From contig OX597828.1 in NCBI GenBank assembly GCA_951406725.2, positions 30,256,001 to 30,320,000 on the forward strand: a stretch of DNA of 64,000 nt, written 5' to 3'. The notes under the pieces were generated by a model. It had not been told where the DNA came from, searched no databases, and was given only the letters and a program-made list of their open reading frames with translations. Source of the stretch: Octopus vulgaris. Its lineage: Eukaryota. Position 1 is the first letter of the stretch, and each line of letters starts with the position of its first letter. Shown here piece by piece: positions 11,460 to 24,694 of the stretch. The position numbers and the translations under genes were made by a program.

Positions 11460-12027
11460 TACTTCTCTAAATATCAACTTATTATATGGTTTCTATGGAA
11501 ATTGGTCAATTGGATTTAACTGGTATTTAATAAGGGAGCAACTGAGGTTAAAGAACATGTTAACTATAAACTGATTTAATTAAATTGAACTATCTTAAAT
11601 TGTCGACATACCGTTATTACTTGAGTACGAATTAATAGGGGTACAAGGATTAGATTTAGTTAAGGCTATTATAATATAATAATAATAACAAAAATAAAAT
11701 GATCAGTTAGAGTAAGGCATCATAGAAAATGAATAAAAACAGCCTAATCACTAAAAACCATAATAAAATATCCATAACTTATTAACTTCAATAGCAAGTA
11801 TTTATAGAAAATTTATAATAATTTAAGTATTATGAGCTAAAAATTGTTTATTAACTTATTTAGCTTATTATAATGATGACTGAAACTCGGTATTGGTTAA
11901 AAGAATAAATGTTGTTAAAAGGATATGCTAATCATATTCTAATATTAAATTAAGAGGTATTACCTCTGGGTATCCTTGTTGCTATTTTGTAGGTTCTGGC
12001 GCCTGAACTTAAGTACCAAATTCATCT

Positions 12028-12031
<4 letters not shown>
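11460..12031 (+). mobile_element. Probable PLE 3'-terminal/pseudo-LTR remnant
   Basis: Its end gttctggcgcctgaacttaagtaccaaattcatctgaa-(TA)n resembles attctggtgcatctaaattaagtaccatattcatttgaa at about 48881-48920. A GAAACTCGGTA half-core lies at about 11882. Confidence 0.4.
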
Positions 12032-12078
<47 letters not shown>

Positions 12079-13070
12079 TAGATACATAGATAGATAATTA
12101 GATGGATAGACACAGACATACATGTATGTATATATTTGTCTGTGCGTGTGAGAGTATGCCTGTGTAGTAGTCATAGGAGTGATTTCATAGAAAAATTTGA
12201 CTGTGCCCATATTATCAACAGAAACCGGACCCATGCTGGAGTAAATATGAATTGCGAAAAATTAGTTGTAACACAACAAAGAATGCTGTCTGACTTACTA
12301 TTTCCTCCACCGTTTAGGAACTTGGTCTATGTTGACTACGTAATCAATATAACTGATGGAAGCATACGTATGAATTCTGGAATAATGTGAACGTATTAAG
12401 ACACATACACACTAAAACACACATATATGCATGTATGCATGTATATATGTATGTACGTATGTATGTGTGTGCGAGTGCGTGCGTTTGTGTGTATGTATGA
12501 TTGTTAGCTTAGTTCATGGGAAGATCTTAAAATGAATAAAATTTGCATGGAATTACGTTTAACAAAATCGATTGAATCTACATTAATGATTTAGTAAAAT
12601 GGAAACGGACAAGCACAAAAGAAACCTGAGAAAATCATGGATATGGTCGCTTGTTCTGCCAGAAATAACAAGCAAATTTACCGCATAAACCGAATTGTTA
12701 CCTGAAAAAAAGCGAAAGAACATATGCCAAGATGTATTCCTATCTTTTACGCATGAGATAATATAGTTTAGTATAATCCCCCTAAATTATCAAGGATTGT
12801 CACAGCTGATCATACCTCAGCTAAATTATTACTGACAAAAGCTTAAAGCTAATCGATCCAAATCACCACCATCACCACTATCAGAAGAAAACATGTTGTA
12901 TTCAGCTAATTTGTTACATTCAAATCTCTTCTGTTACGAGTGCACCTCGAATGTCAGAAATCTATGATATCGCAATTAATGAGTAAGGGAAATAATGTTC
13001 TTGTTCTCTTTAAAAATATTTAATGAGAAATAATAAATCTCTGAACGAAGTTTACAGTAGCTGCACGACA

Positions 13071-13355
13071 ATATGAAGTATATTTAGCACTTAAATATGG
13101 CTAACCACTAAGGGGGGATGCTACTGTAGCTTGTAGCCCCAGGTGTGCTGACGACGGGTAAATATCCAGAAACCCAGATCTGTATGTATTACGTCAGATC
13201 GACGATGGGAAGTATGGCTTCCCTTTGCAAATACTGATAGGGCACGGAAAGTGTGTCAATAGCCAGCTGGAGAAGATGTTCTCCTGGTGCTACAAGCTAC
13301 AGTAGCATCCACACTTAGTGGTTAGCCACATTTATGTGGCATATATACTTCACAT
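13071..13355. mobile_element. Fold-back element with ~73-bp inverted arms and an internal hammerhead core (inverted PLE pseudo-LTR derivative or MITE)
   Basis: 13071-13143 is the imperfect reverse complement of 13283-13355. CTGACGA-CGGGT-AAAT-ATCCA-GAAA lies at 13148-13172. Confidence 0.75.
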
Positions 13356-13595
13356 ATTTAATGAGGTTTAATATATAATTATAAAATATTAACAACTTCT
13401 GACTTTTCTTATTCAGCTGCCGATGTTTGCCTAGTCAATCGAGAAACAAAAAAAAAATGCACCGTAGGAGAGGCAGTACCGCAGCTTCAATGTACACTCA
13501 CTGTTATTTCATTTTTATATTGTGTATTGTTGTATCAAGTATGTCCTAATTAAAGTTTTCTCATGTGTGAAATATCACTCGCTAGTATCATCAAA

Positions 13596-13775
13596 GTAGC
13601 AGCACCTGTTGTAACTGTCGGGAACGTGAAGCTTGTCCATTTGGATGATAAACCGCCGTATATGAGGTGGAAGTCGCAGCAACGCTTCACGATAATCTGA
13701 ACGAAAAGAAAAGAATCACATTTGGTTATGCGAAGGCGATTTCAGAAAAAAACGTTATATAAAACAACCTGCTCT
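13596..13775 (+). pseudogene. Remnant of a Hydra-type PLE GIY-YIG endonuclease
   Basis: Translates to CNCREREACPFG**TAVYEVEV...(frameshift)HIWLCEGDFRKKRY, matching CxC..CP-x-VY..YIG..F..RY. Confidence 0.65.
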
Positions 13776-13814
13776 CTGGCCCGTGACAAAAATGTCTGTC
13801 TATCTATCTATCTA

Positions 13815-13961
<147 letters not shown>

Positions 13962-13984
13962 CGTTTTGAATGTCAAAAACATGA

Positions 13985-14088
13985 AAGGCGAAGCCGACCT
14001 CGGCGGAATTAGAGATTAGAACCTAAAAGTGGACGATATGCCGCTGAGGGTTTTGTCCGGAGTGCTAACGATTCTGTCAGCCCATCGC
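13985..14088 (-). mobile_element. SINE family B fragment
   Basis: Reverse complement of the head (gctaacgattctgtcagccc) and core (aaaggcgaagccgacctcggcggaatt). Confidence 0.65.
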
Positions 14089-14199
14089 ATTTTAATGTAC
14101 CAAATTATGATTTACTTTAAGCTAATACTGATTTCGTTTAGCAGTATGCTAAATAACCCAAGTACAGTTTTATTGCAGTTTTTACTCCCACACACCTGA

Positions 14200-14390
14200 C
14201 ACGACGTCGGTTACGACGACGAGCGTTCCAGTTGATCCTGCTCGTCAAAGTGGCTGAGCACTCCACAGACATACATGCGCTTAACGTATTTCTCAGGGAG
14301 ATGCAGCGTGACACACAGTGTGACAAGAGTGGCCCTTTGAAATAAAGATACTATTCATTTTTGCCAGCTGAGTGGACTGGAGCAACGAGA
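14200..14390 (-). mobile_element. Fragment of an RTE-tail SINE (family C relative)
   Basis: gtcggttacgacgacgag..gtggctgagcactccacagac..gtgacaag..ggccctttgaaat is shared with 61836-62213. It then diverges into catttttgccagctgagtggactggagcaacg. Confidence 0.75.
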
Positions 14391-16604
14391 TATAATTTAA
14401 GGTTACATAATTGCTCACATATTTCCTTGTCTTTCACACGATGTATCTTCTTTAACTAGGATATCCATATTTCTGTTTTAAACTAATTCTGCTTGGGTCA
14501 CAAATAACTGAATTTTATTCATCATGCTAGCTAATTGCGACTTCGGCAATTTCTCAATCACTGCATTGCTATTTAGTATCTGTAGCGGCTAATTTGTCTT
14601 TGCCCGCAGCTGTCCGTGAATATTTGCTACTGACGTAAAGCAATGAGGCAGAATTATGTATTTGGGAATGTCACCTTTGGTACTTGACGATTTCCGCCTA
14701 CCACTGATATATCTCTGTGTTTTTAATCTATAGACTGTAAGAGATGATATATCGAAATAAATGCCTCAGTTTATCGGACTGTTAGTGATGTAGCTGCTTT
14801 ATGTAAGATACAAAAATTGCTATTTCGTTGCTTTTATAATTTAAATAATACTTTAAAATTGGAAATCGATTGTCCTTCTGTGTAACTGACTTTTAGAACT
14901 AATCAAGATTATATTCTAATCTCATTAAAATGTTTTAAAGGGAAGAATTCAGTTTTGGTACAGCGTAAGGAAATCATAATCAATTAGAGAGATAAATCAG
15001 TATAAATAGAATCTCACAAAGAATTCGTTGTGTTTATTTTGAAAGCCTTTTTCTCAATGTGATTGCGAGTCATGTGTAAATATATTTTATTGTTTGTATA
15101 TCCTGAATAAATTCATACAATATTACTTAAGGCTGCACGTATGAACATGTCTTAACGATTAAGGACTTCCTAATGTTTAATGAAAATTGGATATGAGAGA
15201 ATGTGTTGAGAAACTAAATACATATTTCATTCTTTGTTTTAGAATTGAAATATAAGATGTGAATCGCAGAATTTGAATGGAATATATAACTATTGATTTT
15301 TGATGAAGTTTCGTTGCTGACAAAAGAGAGTGAATTTCACTGTCTTTGTTCGTCTTCATTAACTTATTCAGAATATATCAAAAATTCTGTCTCATTAGCC
15401 ATGCTTCTACCTACGCAAAATGTTTATATAAGTAGTGTCATTAAAACACAAATACACTCACATACATTGACATCTTCGAAAACGTGTTAAGCGGCTGAGA
15501 ATTTTGAATGTCATTTACGCTATAAATAATACCAAGAAATGCATGAGCGTCACAAATCGATTCCCCTCTGTAATTTTAAGTTTTTGTGCCTAAGTAAGAA
15601 ATCAATTGATAATGGATTCGAAGGAAAGAGCACTTACGTACATATATAATTAGAAATGTAGATATTATTGGCAAGAAGGGATGCCATATGTTCGATTTGT
15701 GGTAAACCTGTTATTACAACAATGATATATGATATTGATTTCCTTGAGTGATTTCCCCATAATTTATCGAGAAGACAGAGTGATAATAATATTTCGTATG
15801 GTAACTAAATGTATTACATTTGACATCTAATAAAGGCTGACTAATTTACTCATCAAACTACTGGTTCTGATGAATTCTGGCCTCTTTTGTTCTGGGTTTG
15901 TAAAGCATGACTTAATTAGAGAGTCTTCTCAACTTGTTAATGTATGCACCAGTTAAATTTATTACAACTAGTAATTTGCTTACACCTGCATTTATTTACA
16001 TTCCAGGATATCAAAATCAAATCGTACAACCAAACCAGGAGCAAAATGATAAAAATATATTTCAAGACATACTTTATAAAATGATACATAGGTATTCAAA
16101 GACAAAGCTAAAAAAAGATATGCAAGTTCGAAACATGCACATGTGAAGATATGTCTCTATTCATACATACCTTTAATAATATAAGCAGATTTATATAAAC
16201 GTCGGCATGAACGACCGAGGCTAAAGTTATTAGCAATCCATGTCGTTCTTGGTCAATAGTAGGTCTCCTGCGCTTCGCTGGGGATAAATAATACGTTTTC
16301 GGAGTCTTTCTTGTGACGTTCTAATCTTATGCCCGTAGGAACGGAGCTGTGACCTTTCAATGCGCAGAAGTCTGCGATTAATTAGACACTTGTGATTGCA
16401 CTGAAAACTCTAAACGAATAACCAGATGTTGGTTTTTGGGAAATTACTGCTGCTCGAATCCTGTCAACGTGTATGTAGGACAGCGGCAGGAATGTAGGTT
16501 GTCCCAACATCTTTTGGTATTTATTTTATGAAGTGAGGATCAGATGTATTAGTACGAAGACAGCTATTGATCATCTATTTATCCATGTATGGTGTATGTG
16601 TATA

Positions 16605-16656
<52 letters not shown>

Positions 16657-16662
<6 letters not shown>

Positions 16663-17839
16663 CATTAAGAATGACATGACCGATTTTCAAATGAAAGTTA
16701 ATTTTACTTTATCTCAACAAAAAGCAATGCAGTTAATGAAAGTATGCAGCTAAATTATCAATACAATTTTGCCATTTTAGCGGTAGCTTATTGATGCTGG
16801 CAGCGAAGAATTCTGGAGAGCATGAGGTGATGAAATCACGAAAACTTCTTTCTGCATATTCTTCAGATTTGAATATGGTGGATGACAGAGTACTTTCAAG
16901 TTCAGTTCCTGTAACTTGAGTAGCGTTCTCTGTGCAACATGTAGTCGAGAATTTTCTTGCAAGAGAATTGGCATGTCTCAATTGACCAATTTCGGTTGTT
17001 TAATTGCAAGTTCATTCAAAATTTCAAACATTTGGTTGATGCATACATCCGCTGTAATTGACTTACCAAGTCTCGAAGCTGTAGTCGATGACACGGCGCT
17101 GGATCACCGGAAAGACACCATTAACGTTTTTTAGTGAATATTGTTGTTTTGATTGAGTTTTTGTACTTCGTATCTATCCCAACACCGTGAAGAACACTTG
17201 CTATTTTTGAAAAGAATCCATCTTCATCACACGTAGCAAGACGATGCAAAATTGGTTCAGTTTTATGCCCTGACAGCAAAACACAGCATGTTTCAAGACG
17301 ACGTGTTACCTGATGCTCGTTCAGTTCGTGTGTTACCTTTCCAACTTGTTTCAGATTGTCCAGTTGGAATCGAAACACCAAACCTTGCTGCTTACTCACA
17401 CGTAGTTTGAGATGTATCCGCTTCCACAAAGCTTCCAGCTCATAATTATCCACCTTGGTCTCATCTCAACCATGGGACTGATTTTCAGGAGTAAAGTCGC
17501 CAAACAAAAATTCTCAAAAAGCCCAGATTCAGTGCGTTCATTCGCCATATCTTCACTGAACACCACATTGCTGTTTGAAGCTGTCTGGAATGAATTGCTT
17601 CCACAACGGAATTCATATTCATAAACAACAGGAAATTTTGATCTATCCATGGGTTCACAAAAAGTGATTTACAAGAGAAAGCTCACAATATAATCAGATA
17701 CCATGAACTGCATTTCGAAAAGGGATTATGTAACGCTTCAATGTTGTGAAACAAAGAACTGTCAGGATAAAACATTAGAGTTATCGACTATAAAACTTGA
17801 TGTATAAGAAAATCGGACATTTCATACTTAATGACCTGA
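16657..17839 (-). mobile_element. Mariner (Tc1/mariner) element with ~32-bp TIRs and a decayed transposase
   Basis: TIRs taaggtcattaagaatgacatgaccgattttc and gaaaatcggacatttcatacttaatgacctga, with TA flanks. Transposase pieces at 17650-16733: YEFRCG, THELNEHQVTRRLETC, RLATCDE, HPPYS, INKLPLKWQNCID. Confidence 0.9.
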
Positions 17840-17887
17840 TACATACATACATACATACATACATGCATACATAAACACACACACACG

Positions 17888-17932
<45 letters not shown>

Positions 17933-17936
<4 letters not shown>

Positions 17937-18238
17937 ACCATGTACTGCAATAGTTTGGCATTCAACGGCCCGCAGCCATTTAACGCCTCGGCAAAACATC
18001 TGAGAGATCTCCATAAAGTGGAGATAAATGATTTCAGGAATAAACTAGACCCCTTGCTATCCAAGATCCCATGTGAACCACTATCAAGGCAGGAAACTCA
18101 AGAGAGAGCGACAGTGTCCAACTCTCTTGTTCACCATAAGCAAATCAAATAGGATTGGTCAATTAAAAGACTACAACACTGGCAGTGCCCCAGCTTGTCC
18201 ACAACCTTAGGGCTGAAACACATAAAAGAATAAAAATA
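17933..18238 (+). mobile_element. 3' end of a CR1-like LINE
   Basis: YCNSLAFNGPQPFN..LRDL..FRNKLD.LLSKIPCEP, then the tail gtgccccagc..gctgaaacacataaaagaataaaa. Confidence 0.75.
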
Positions 18239-18256
18239 ATATATATATATATATGC

Positions 18257-18342
<86 letters not shown>

Positions 18343-18787
18343 ATGTATGTGTGTATGTATGTATGTATTTGTTAGTGTCGCTGCGAGTGAGCGTGTGTGT
18401 GTGCGAAGTTTTATTTGAAATTGTCTACAAGAATTTTTTAATATAGATGAAATTGAGTTATTTATATTTTATAACCGTTATCATAGAGAAATGTATGTCA
18501 AAATGGTCTTGCTCGAAATATATGAAATTTCGACAATATGTAAATTATTGCATATTTTATGATACTGCAGGCAGGAGTGTTTATTATCGATTTTATTTCG
18601 AAAAGAATTCGTCCTTCAAATAGCATAAATGCATTCCAGTATCGACGTCGGCTGTAGGACAACATTCGTATATTCCAAACATCGAAATTTTGCTAAATTT
18701 GCACAATCGTTAATGAGTTTGTATTTACATGCACACACACCTTCACGCGCACTCCTAAACGTACATAGAGACACGTACATATATCAG

Positions 18788-18833
<46 letters not shown>

Positions 18834-19544
18834 ACAAAGGTATTATGTATTTCTAAATATATGTATAAATGTGTATATGTATCTACTTACACACACACAC
18901 TCACACGCACCTCTTTCTGTCTCACAAACACACATTTACATATGTATGTGTTGGTGTATGTCTGTATACAAACATAAATGCACCCCAACACATGCACTCA
19001 CGCACTCGCACCAACCCACACATATATGTATACATACAGATATATAAGCTTATTGATATTGTTGTGCACAATTTGTGTGCGAGTTGTGTGTGAGGTGCTT
19101 TAGCATTTCACACAGCATCAGTGAATGATCTAATTATGTGTTCATTATGGAATACATTGAAACCGGTAGATCCCTGCCCCTATTCGATTTTACGATTAAA
19201 AATGTGGGACAGGGAAGAAATCGACACGGTGTATTACATCAAAGCAGCCAGTGGAGACTTTCCTCTGCGTTCTCTGTAAATCGGCCCACCCCAATAAGGA
19301 AAACGCTTGTATTCAGAATGTGTAGTGCCTAGCGATCTATTATGGCGAATGCCAGACAGGAGGGTCTCACAGGAGAGCTAGGAAGAAAGCAAGGTAATTA
19401 AGTAGTGGTTATCCCAATACGGGTACATATATATTTATATATATGTACACACACATATATACATATATACACACATATATACATACAACATACGCTTACA
19501 TATACTACTATGTGTGTGTGAATGCATATATATGTATGTGTGTG

Positions 19545-19750
19545 TGTGTTACGTCTTTGCGTTGTTTTTGTCTCCAACCACTGCTTCACAGTCGATGATA
19601 GTTTATTCACGGCCCCGTAAAGTAGCGATCCGGCTTATGAGAACAGGAAAATAAAAATCAAAATCTTGGAATAGTTTCGTTCGACTAAATACTTCAAGGT
19701 GATGTTCCACCATGGCCAAATACTATGAAACTAGTTAAATATGAAAGATA
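19545..19750 (+). mobile_element. Degenerate 3' half of SINE family A
   Basis: caaccactgctt..gtttattcacggccccgtaa..ttcgactaaa..aaggtgatgttccaccatggcc. Confidence 0.55.
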
Positions 19751-19859
19751 CATACCCGCAAACACTCGCATGCACAATCACACATGTACATAAACACGCA
19801 CTCACATACAAACATTACAGTATAACAATTAGATGCTTTTCATTAACAGAATAAACTTT

Positions 19860-20365
19860 ACATATTAGAGCTTGTGTAGCAGCAGAAGCCAAGGCACGAA
19901 GGTTATCTCTGCAGAGCAGTGGACCAGGTCAGGCTCAACATAAGTTGCTGCACCACGTTCCTTCCACTTTCAGGTTGTCTCATTAATGTGTAACAGCAGA
20001 AAATCACAAGGCCGAGAAGTGGCTGGAAGAATGTCTCTTACGAACGTATACAAAATGCTAATCGAAGTATCCGAGCAGTAAAGTTTGGAAGCTATGCAGG
20101 ATATTTTGTGAGAAGCTTGGAAAGCTACACAGTATATTCTGTGAGAAGAGATGTAATGGAATTAGTCGATCAGGCTGGCAGAATACCAAGAGCAGGAATT
20201 GAGTTTTGAGAAATTTAGAGGCATTTGTAGAATCGTATATGAAATGGTGAAATTTGCGATGGAGATTGTAATGAAGCGACTGTTTTCTAGAAAGGAATAT
20301 GAGGAATGTGAAGATTCATACCGGGCAATACCGTTGAAAGATTGGTTACAATTCAGATGTGCATA

Positions 20366-20415
<50 letters not shown>

Positions 20416-21150
20416 CGTGTGTTTCAACGACGTCTTGATCACCCCAAATGAGAAGCAAATCTGGTGCATTTACTTCGACTTAGAACGAGATTAATATTTG
20501 AGCTGCAGACGCAGATACCGAATAATTTCGAGTTGATGACAGATTTAGTGTGGGCATATTCTAGGAAAGAAAATCGGGAAGTGAGAATCTGCAAGACTAT
20601 AATACAGGACTGTGGAGAAGTGATAGAGACAAAGATATAAGGGAATTGATGGGAGTATCACAAACGATTTGAATTCCAATATAGGGAAGATTATGTTGAT
20701 GTAAGTTATGAACAGTCAGAATTGTTTCTTGGTGAGGGAAATTGGGCTGAAATAGGCGTTGATACAACGGAGTTATAACTAAATTGGATTCCTAGAAAAC
20801 TTTGTGAAAAAGTGAGTTTAAGCAAGAACAACGAACAAGAGAGAAGAATTCGGAACCATGTTAGTGGTAACCAACCATATTACAGTAATTAGCAAGAAAG
20901 TCGAGGTATTTAGAGCGACGACAATCTCAGTAAAGCGGAAACTTGTGAAAGCATTTAGTTTGAGTTACGCAAAGGGGTATTCGGATGTTCTGATAAAATA
21001 TATGGGTTAGAATTTAAAGGCTTGTGGAAATTTGATTGAGATGGAAGGCAGGATTGGTTTTTGTTAGATAAAATGGAAAACAGAAGCCAAGGGGACGTAA
21101 ATAGCACCATTCACCTAGTAATTAGCTGATTACAGCAGCTACAGACGAAG
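19860..21150 (-). mobile_element. Highly decayed LINE RT C-terminal remnant (CR1/L2-like)
   Basis: The minus strand near 20670-20710 gives FITYINIIFPILEFKSFV, similar to LY..YVRPILEY.S.VW. Otherwise heavily degraded. Confidence 0.3.
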
Positions 21151-21385
21151 ATGACTATTTCATTTAATTTGGGGAAATACGTAGTAGATACAAGGAAGTT
21201 TATTTAAAATGAATGCAACATGTCAGGAAATAAAAAGAGATGGCTGTTTATTCGTCCTCTCTGTCCTATTATCTATATGACTTTTATATTACAGTGATTC
21301 TGGTATCAGAATTTATAATTTGGTAACGTATATTATGTACGACAACACTGTATATTTATCATCCTCTTTCCCACACTCACATCTT

Positions 21386-21438
<53 letters not shown>

Positions 21439-21976
21439 CATACATACACATACAGACATACATAGGTAATACACACGTACACACACATATACACATATAC
21501 ACACTCATATATATATATGTGTGTGTGTATATATATATGTATATATACACACTCACATATATATATATATATGTATGATATATGTGTGTGTACATATATA
21601 TGTATATATATATATATATATACATATATATACGTATATAGGTATATACATATACATATATATACATACATACATATATATATATATACGAAAATTTGTT
21701 GACATTGACTTCAAACAATCGCAGCTGCTGTCAATAAGTTAAAATATATTTGTCTAAAACTTATAATAAATAACCAACTATACACAAATATTGTGCTCTT
21801 TCTTCCTAATACATACTTTGTTTTATCTGGTTAAAACCAGTTCCCTTTGAATGTATGTGTAAGTACGTACGTATTTTTGTACGTATGTATGTATTCATAT
21901 ATGTATATATGTATGTACGCGTGTGTACGTATGTCTGTACATAATATACATACATACATACACATACACACACACG

Positions 21977-22038
<62 letters not shown>

Positions 22039-22204
22039 AATCTGCGTATATCTGTGTGTGCAGAGAGATAAAAAGATACAGAGATAGAGAGAAGGAAATT
22101 GAATGAGATTATTTAACATATGTCTATGTATACGCGTCTTTGAATGTGATTGTGCGAGCGTGTGCTTGTGTGCAATTCTCTGCGTGTGTATGCTGTGTGT
22201 GTGC

Positions 22205-22241
<37 letters not shown>

Positions 22242-22613
22242 CGTGCATGCGTATTTTTATTCGTGTAGTGTAGTTTAAGTGACTTCATGAGAAATGGAAG
22301 TAAAAGTGATTTGGAAAGCTGCTACAATGCAACTTTGAAATAAAGGAGTGTAAAACGAAGCAAATTGAAAGGAAGGTTTATAGTTTGCATTACATAGCGC
22401 ACACAAACACGCCAACGCACACAAAGAAGCACACAGACACACCTAAATAAATACTAATGATGCATGCACCCACACAAACAAAAGCACACCTGCAAACACA
22501 CACACACACACGCACACACACGAACACAATCATAAGTGAAGAAGACAGGTAGAAGTTTAGCGCTGCAGAGATTGATGTAAAAAACAGAAAAGAAAACAAA
22601 GCAGTTTCTATAT

Positions 22614-23024
22614 CTCTTTTTACTCTTTTACTTGTTTCAGTCATTTGACTGCGGCCATGCTGGAGCACCACCTTTTAGTCGAGCAAATCGACCCCGGGAC
22701 TTATTCTTTGTAAGCACAGTACTTATTCTATCGGTCTCTTTTGCCGAACCGCTAAGTGACGGGGATGTAAACACACCAGCATCGGTTGTCAAGCAATCCT
22801 AGGGGGACAAACACAGACACACAAACACACACATACATACACATATATATACATATATAGGACGGGCTTCTTTTCAGTTTCCGTCTACCAAATCCACTCA
22901 CAAGGCATTGGTCGGCCCGGGGCTATAGCAGAAGACACTTGCCCAAGATGTCACGCAGTGGGACTGAACCCGGAACCATGTGGTTGGTTAGCAAGCTACT
23001 TACCACACAGCCACTCCTGCGCCT
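22614..23024 (-). mobile_element. Full-length SINE family A
   Basis: Near-identical to 11007-11449. ctatat occurs at both flanks (possible short TSD). Confidence 0.92.
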
Positions 23025-23879
23025 ATATGTTGAAAATACAGTAGTAAATTAAAGAGGAAAGTTTCCATGTGTGTAATTTGATAAAACATGTATAAAAAAA
23101 AATATCATGCATTAGTTTAAGGACAGTATTTCAGCATGTTTAGAAATGACATTGATTACCGAAAATTTCAAAAGGGAAATTAACTGTAACAAAAACCTGA
23201 AATTATTTACTCTTCCCTAAGCATAACTAAATGAATTTCCTCTTTGATATATTTTTTATGATTTTCATTTCCTGTACATCGCTTATATGCATTGAGTGTT
23301 CGATTTACTCGCAAAATTTAATCTAAATGCAATATTTTTTTTTAAAAAATGAACAAAAATGAAAAAGGAAAAAAAAAATCCTTGATATATGTCTGCATGT
23401 TCAACACAAATATTGGAAAGTAATTTCAAAATGAGAGAAATTTAATGATTAAAATGAGGTTAGCAGAATATTCGATGTATAAAAGGAAAAGTTGAAAAGT
23501 TTGTGTATCATGCACAATCGCTTCCGTATATAAGCAGCCACGCTTTAGGTATATATATTTATAGAACTATAATTGGTACGTAATGTGGCACTTTGCCTCA
23601 AGCACAGCTTGGTATTTACGACTTAGATAATTTGTTTCTGATTATATTCCCTGCAGGTGTATGTGGATTTGGTTTGGTTGCCATGGGGTAGAAGAGATAG
23701 GAGTTACAAAATTTCCTTCTGAACGCGACGCTGTTCTGTTGCTGGGTTCCCTAACGATTGACTGGTAGTTGGTGGGATTAGAAATCAGACCGTGAAGAAC
23801 CGAAAGATATGGCGCTAATCATTTTGACTGACATGCTAACGATTCTGCCAGCTTGCCGGCTTTATATGGATATATATCT

Positions 23880-23912
<33 letters not shown>

Positions 23913-23913
<1 letters not shown>

Positions 23914-24161
23914 TGGGTTGGTGCATAATAATTGCTGGTTCTTTTCAACAAATTTTATTCAACAAAATCAATAAGTATATTTAAATAAAATCATCTTTAA
24001 ATGACGGTCTGACAGCCAGCCAAACAAAAGGGAAGTTGTAATCGAAGTAGGTGACGAATATGCTCCGGAATAATCATTTCAAGGTATTTTTGTTACATGT
24101 TGTTATTGCTTTTGCTGAATAAAATTTGTTGAAAAAAAGCTGCAATAATTATGCACCAACT

Positions 24162-24164
<3 letters not shown>
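23913..24164. mobile_element. Mariner-derived MITE (~55-bp TIRs, TA target)
   Basis: ttgggttggtgcataataattgc..caacaaattttattcaacaaaa versus ttttgctgaataaaatttgttg..gcaataattatgcaccaactcaa. TA on both sides and no ORF. Confidence 0.85.
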
Positions 24165-24196
<32 letters not shown>

Positions 24197-24595
24197 TAAA
24201 AACGGTAAGATAACAAAAGAAAGAAAGAGACCTCAATATTATGTAAATAGAGGAATTTATCTGTAAAGAGATAGTAGTGTGGATTTCCACCTCGGCATCT
24301 GAAACTCAGAGTTTTATCTAGGCTACCGAATAATTGTCACATATTACATTTACAGGTATATATATATATATATATAGAAAGAAAGAGAGAGAAAGAGTGA
24401 GAATGTGTGTGAGAAAGAAAGACACACAAATGTGCGCGCACACGCACAGATATGTATACTTGTATTCATATACACAGATACGCTGACATACAATATGACT
24501 GTCATTATTCAATGCTATTTGTGCAGATTTTATAGTATCAAATTCTAAGTTAGGTTTATTAGACAGTCACCTTTTTTGGTGTACAAAATGCTTAC

Positions 24596-24694
24596 AGCTT
24601 TGTTCGGATTGTTGCAAGCATCGGGTTGGAATAGAGATCTTTGAGTCGACAATGTCAACGTCTTCCTCTCCCTCATGCACCGGTCTCGGAATCT
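24596..24694 (-). CDS. Candidate 99-nt internal exon of an unidentified host gene
   Basis: Minus strand: ctaat..ggtgttttaccgtAG | 99 nt | GTAAGC. Two open frames (EIPRPVHEGEEDVDIVDSKISIPTRCLQQSEQS or RFRDRCMRERKTLTLSTQRSLFQPDACNNPNKA). GC content is higher than in the flanks. Confidence 0.35.

Noticed and set aside
16250-16290. Possible Helitron 3' hairpin on the minus strand (cccagcgaagcgcagg)
   Set aside because: The terminal CTAG is degenerate and no 5' end was found, so it is too weak to call.
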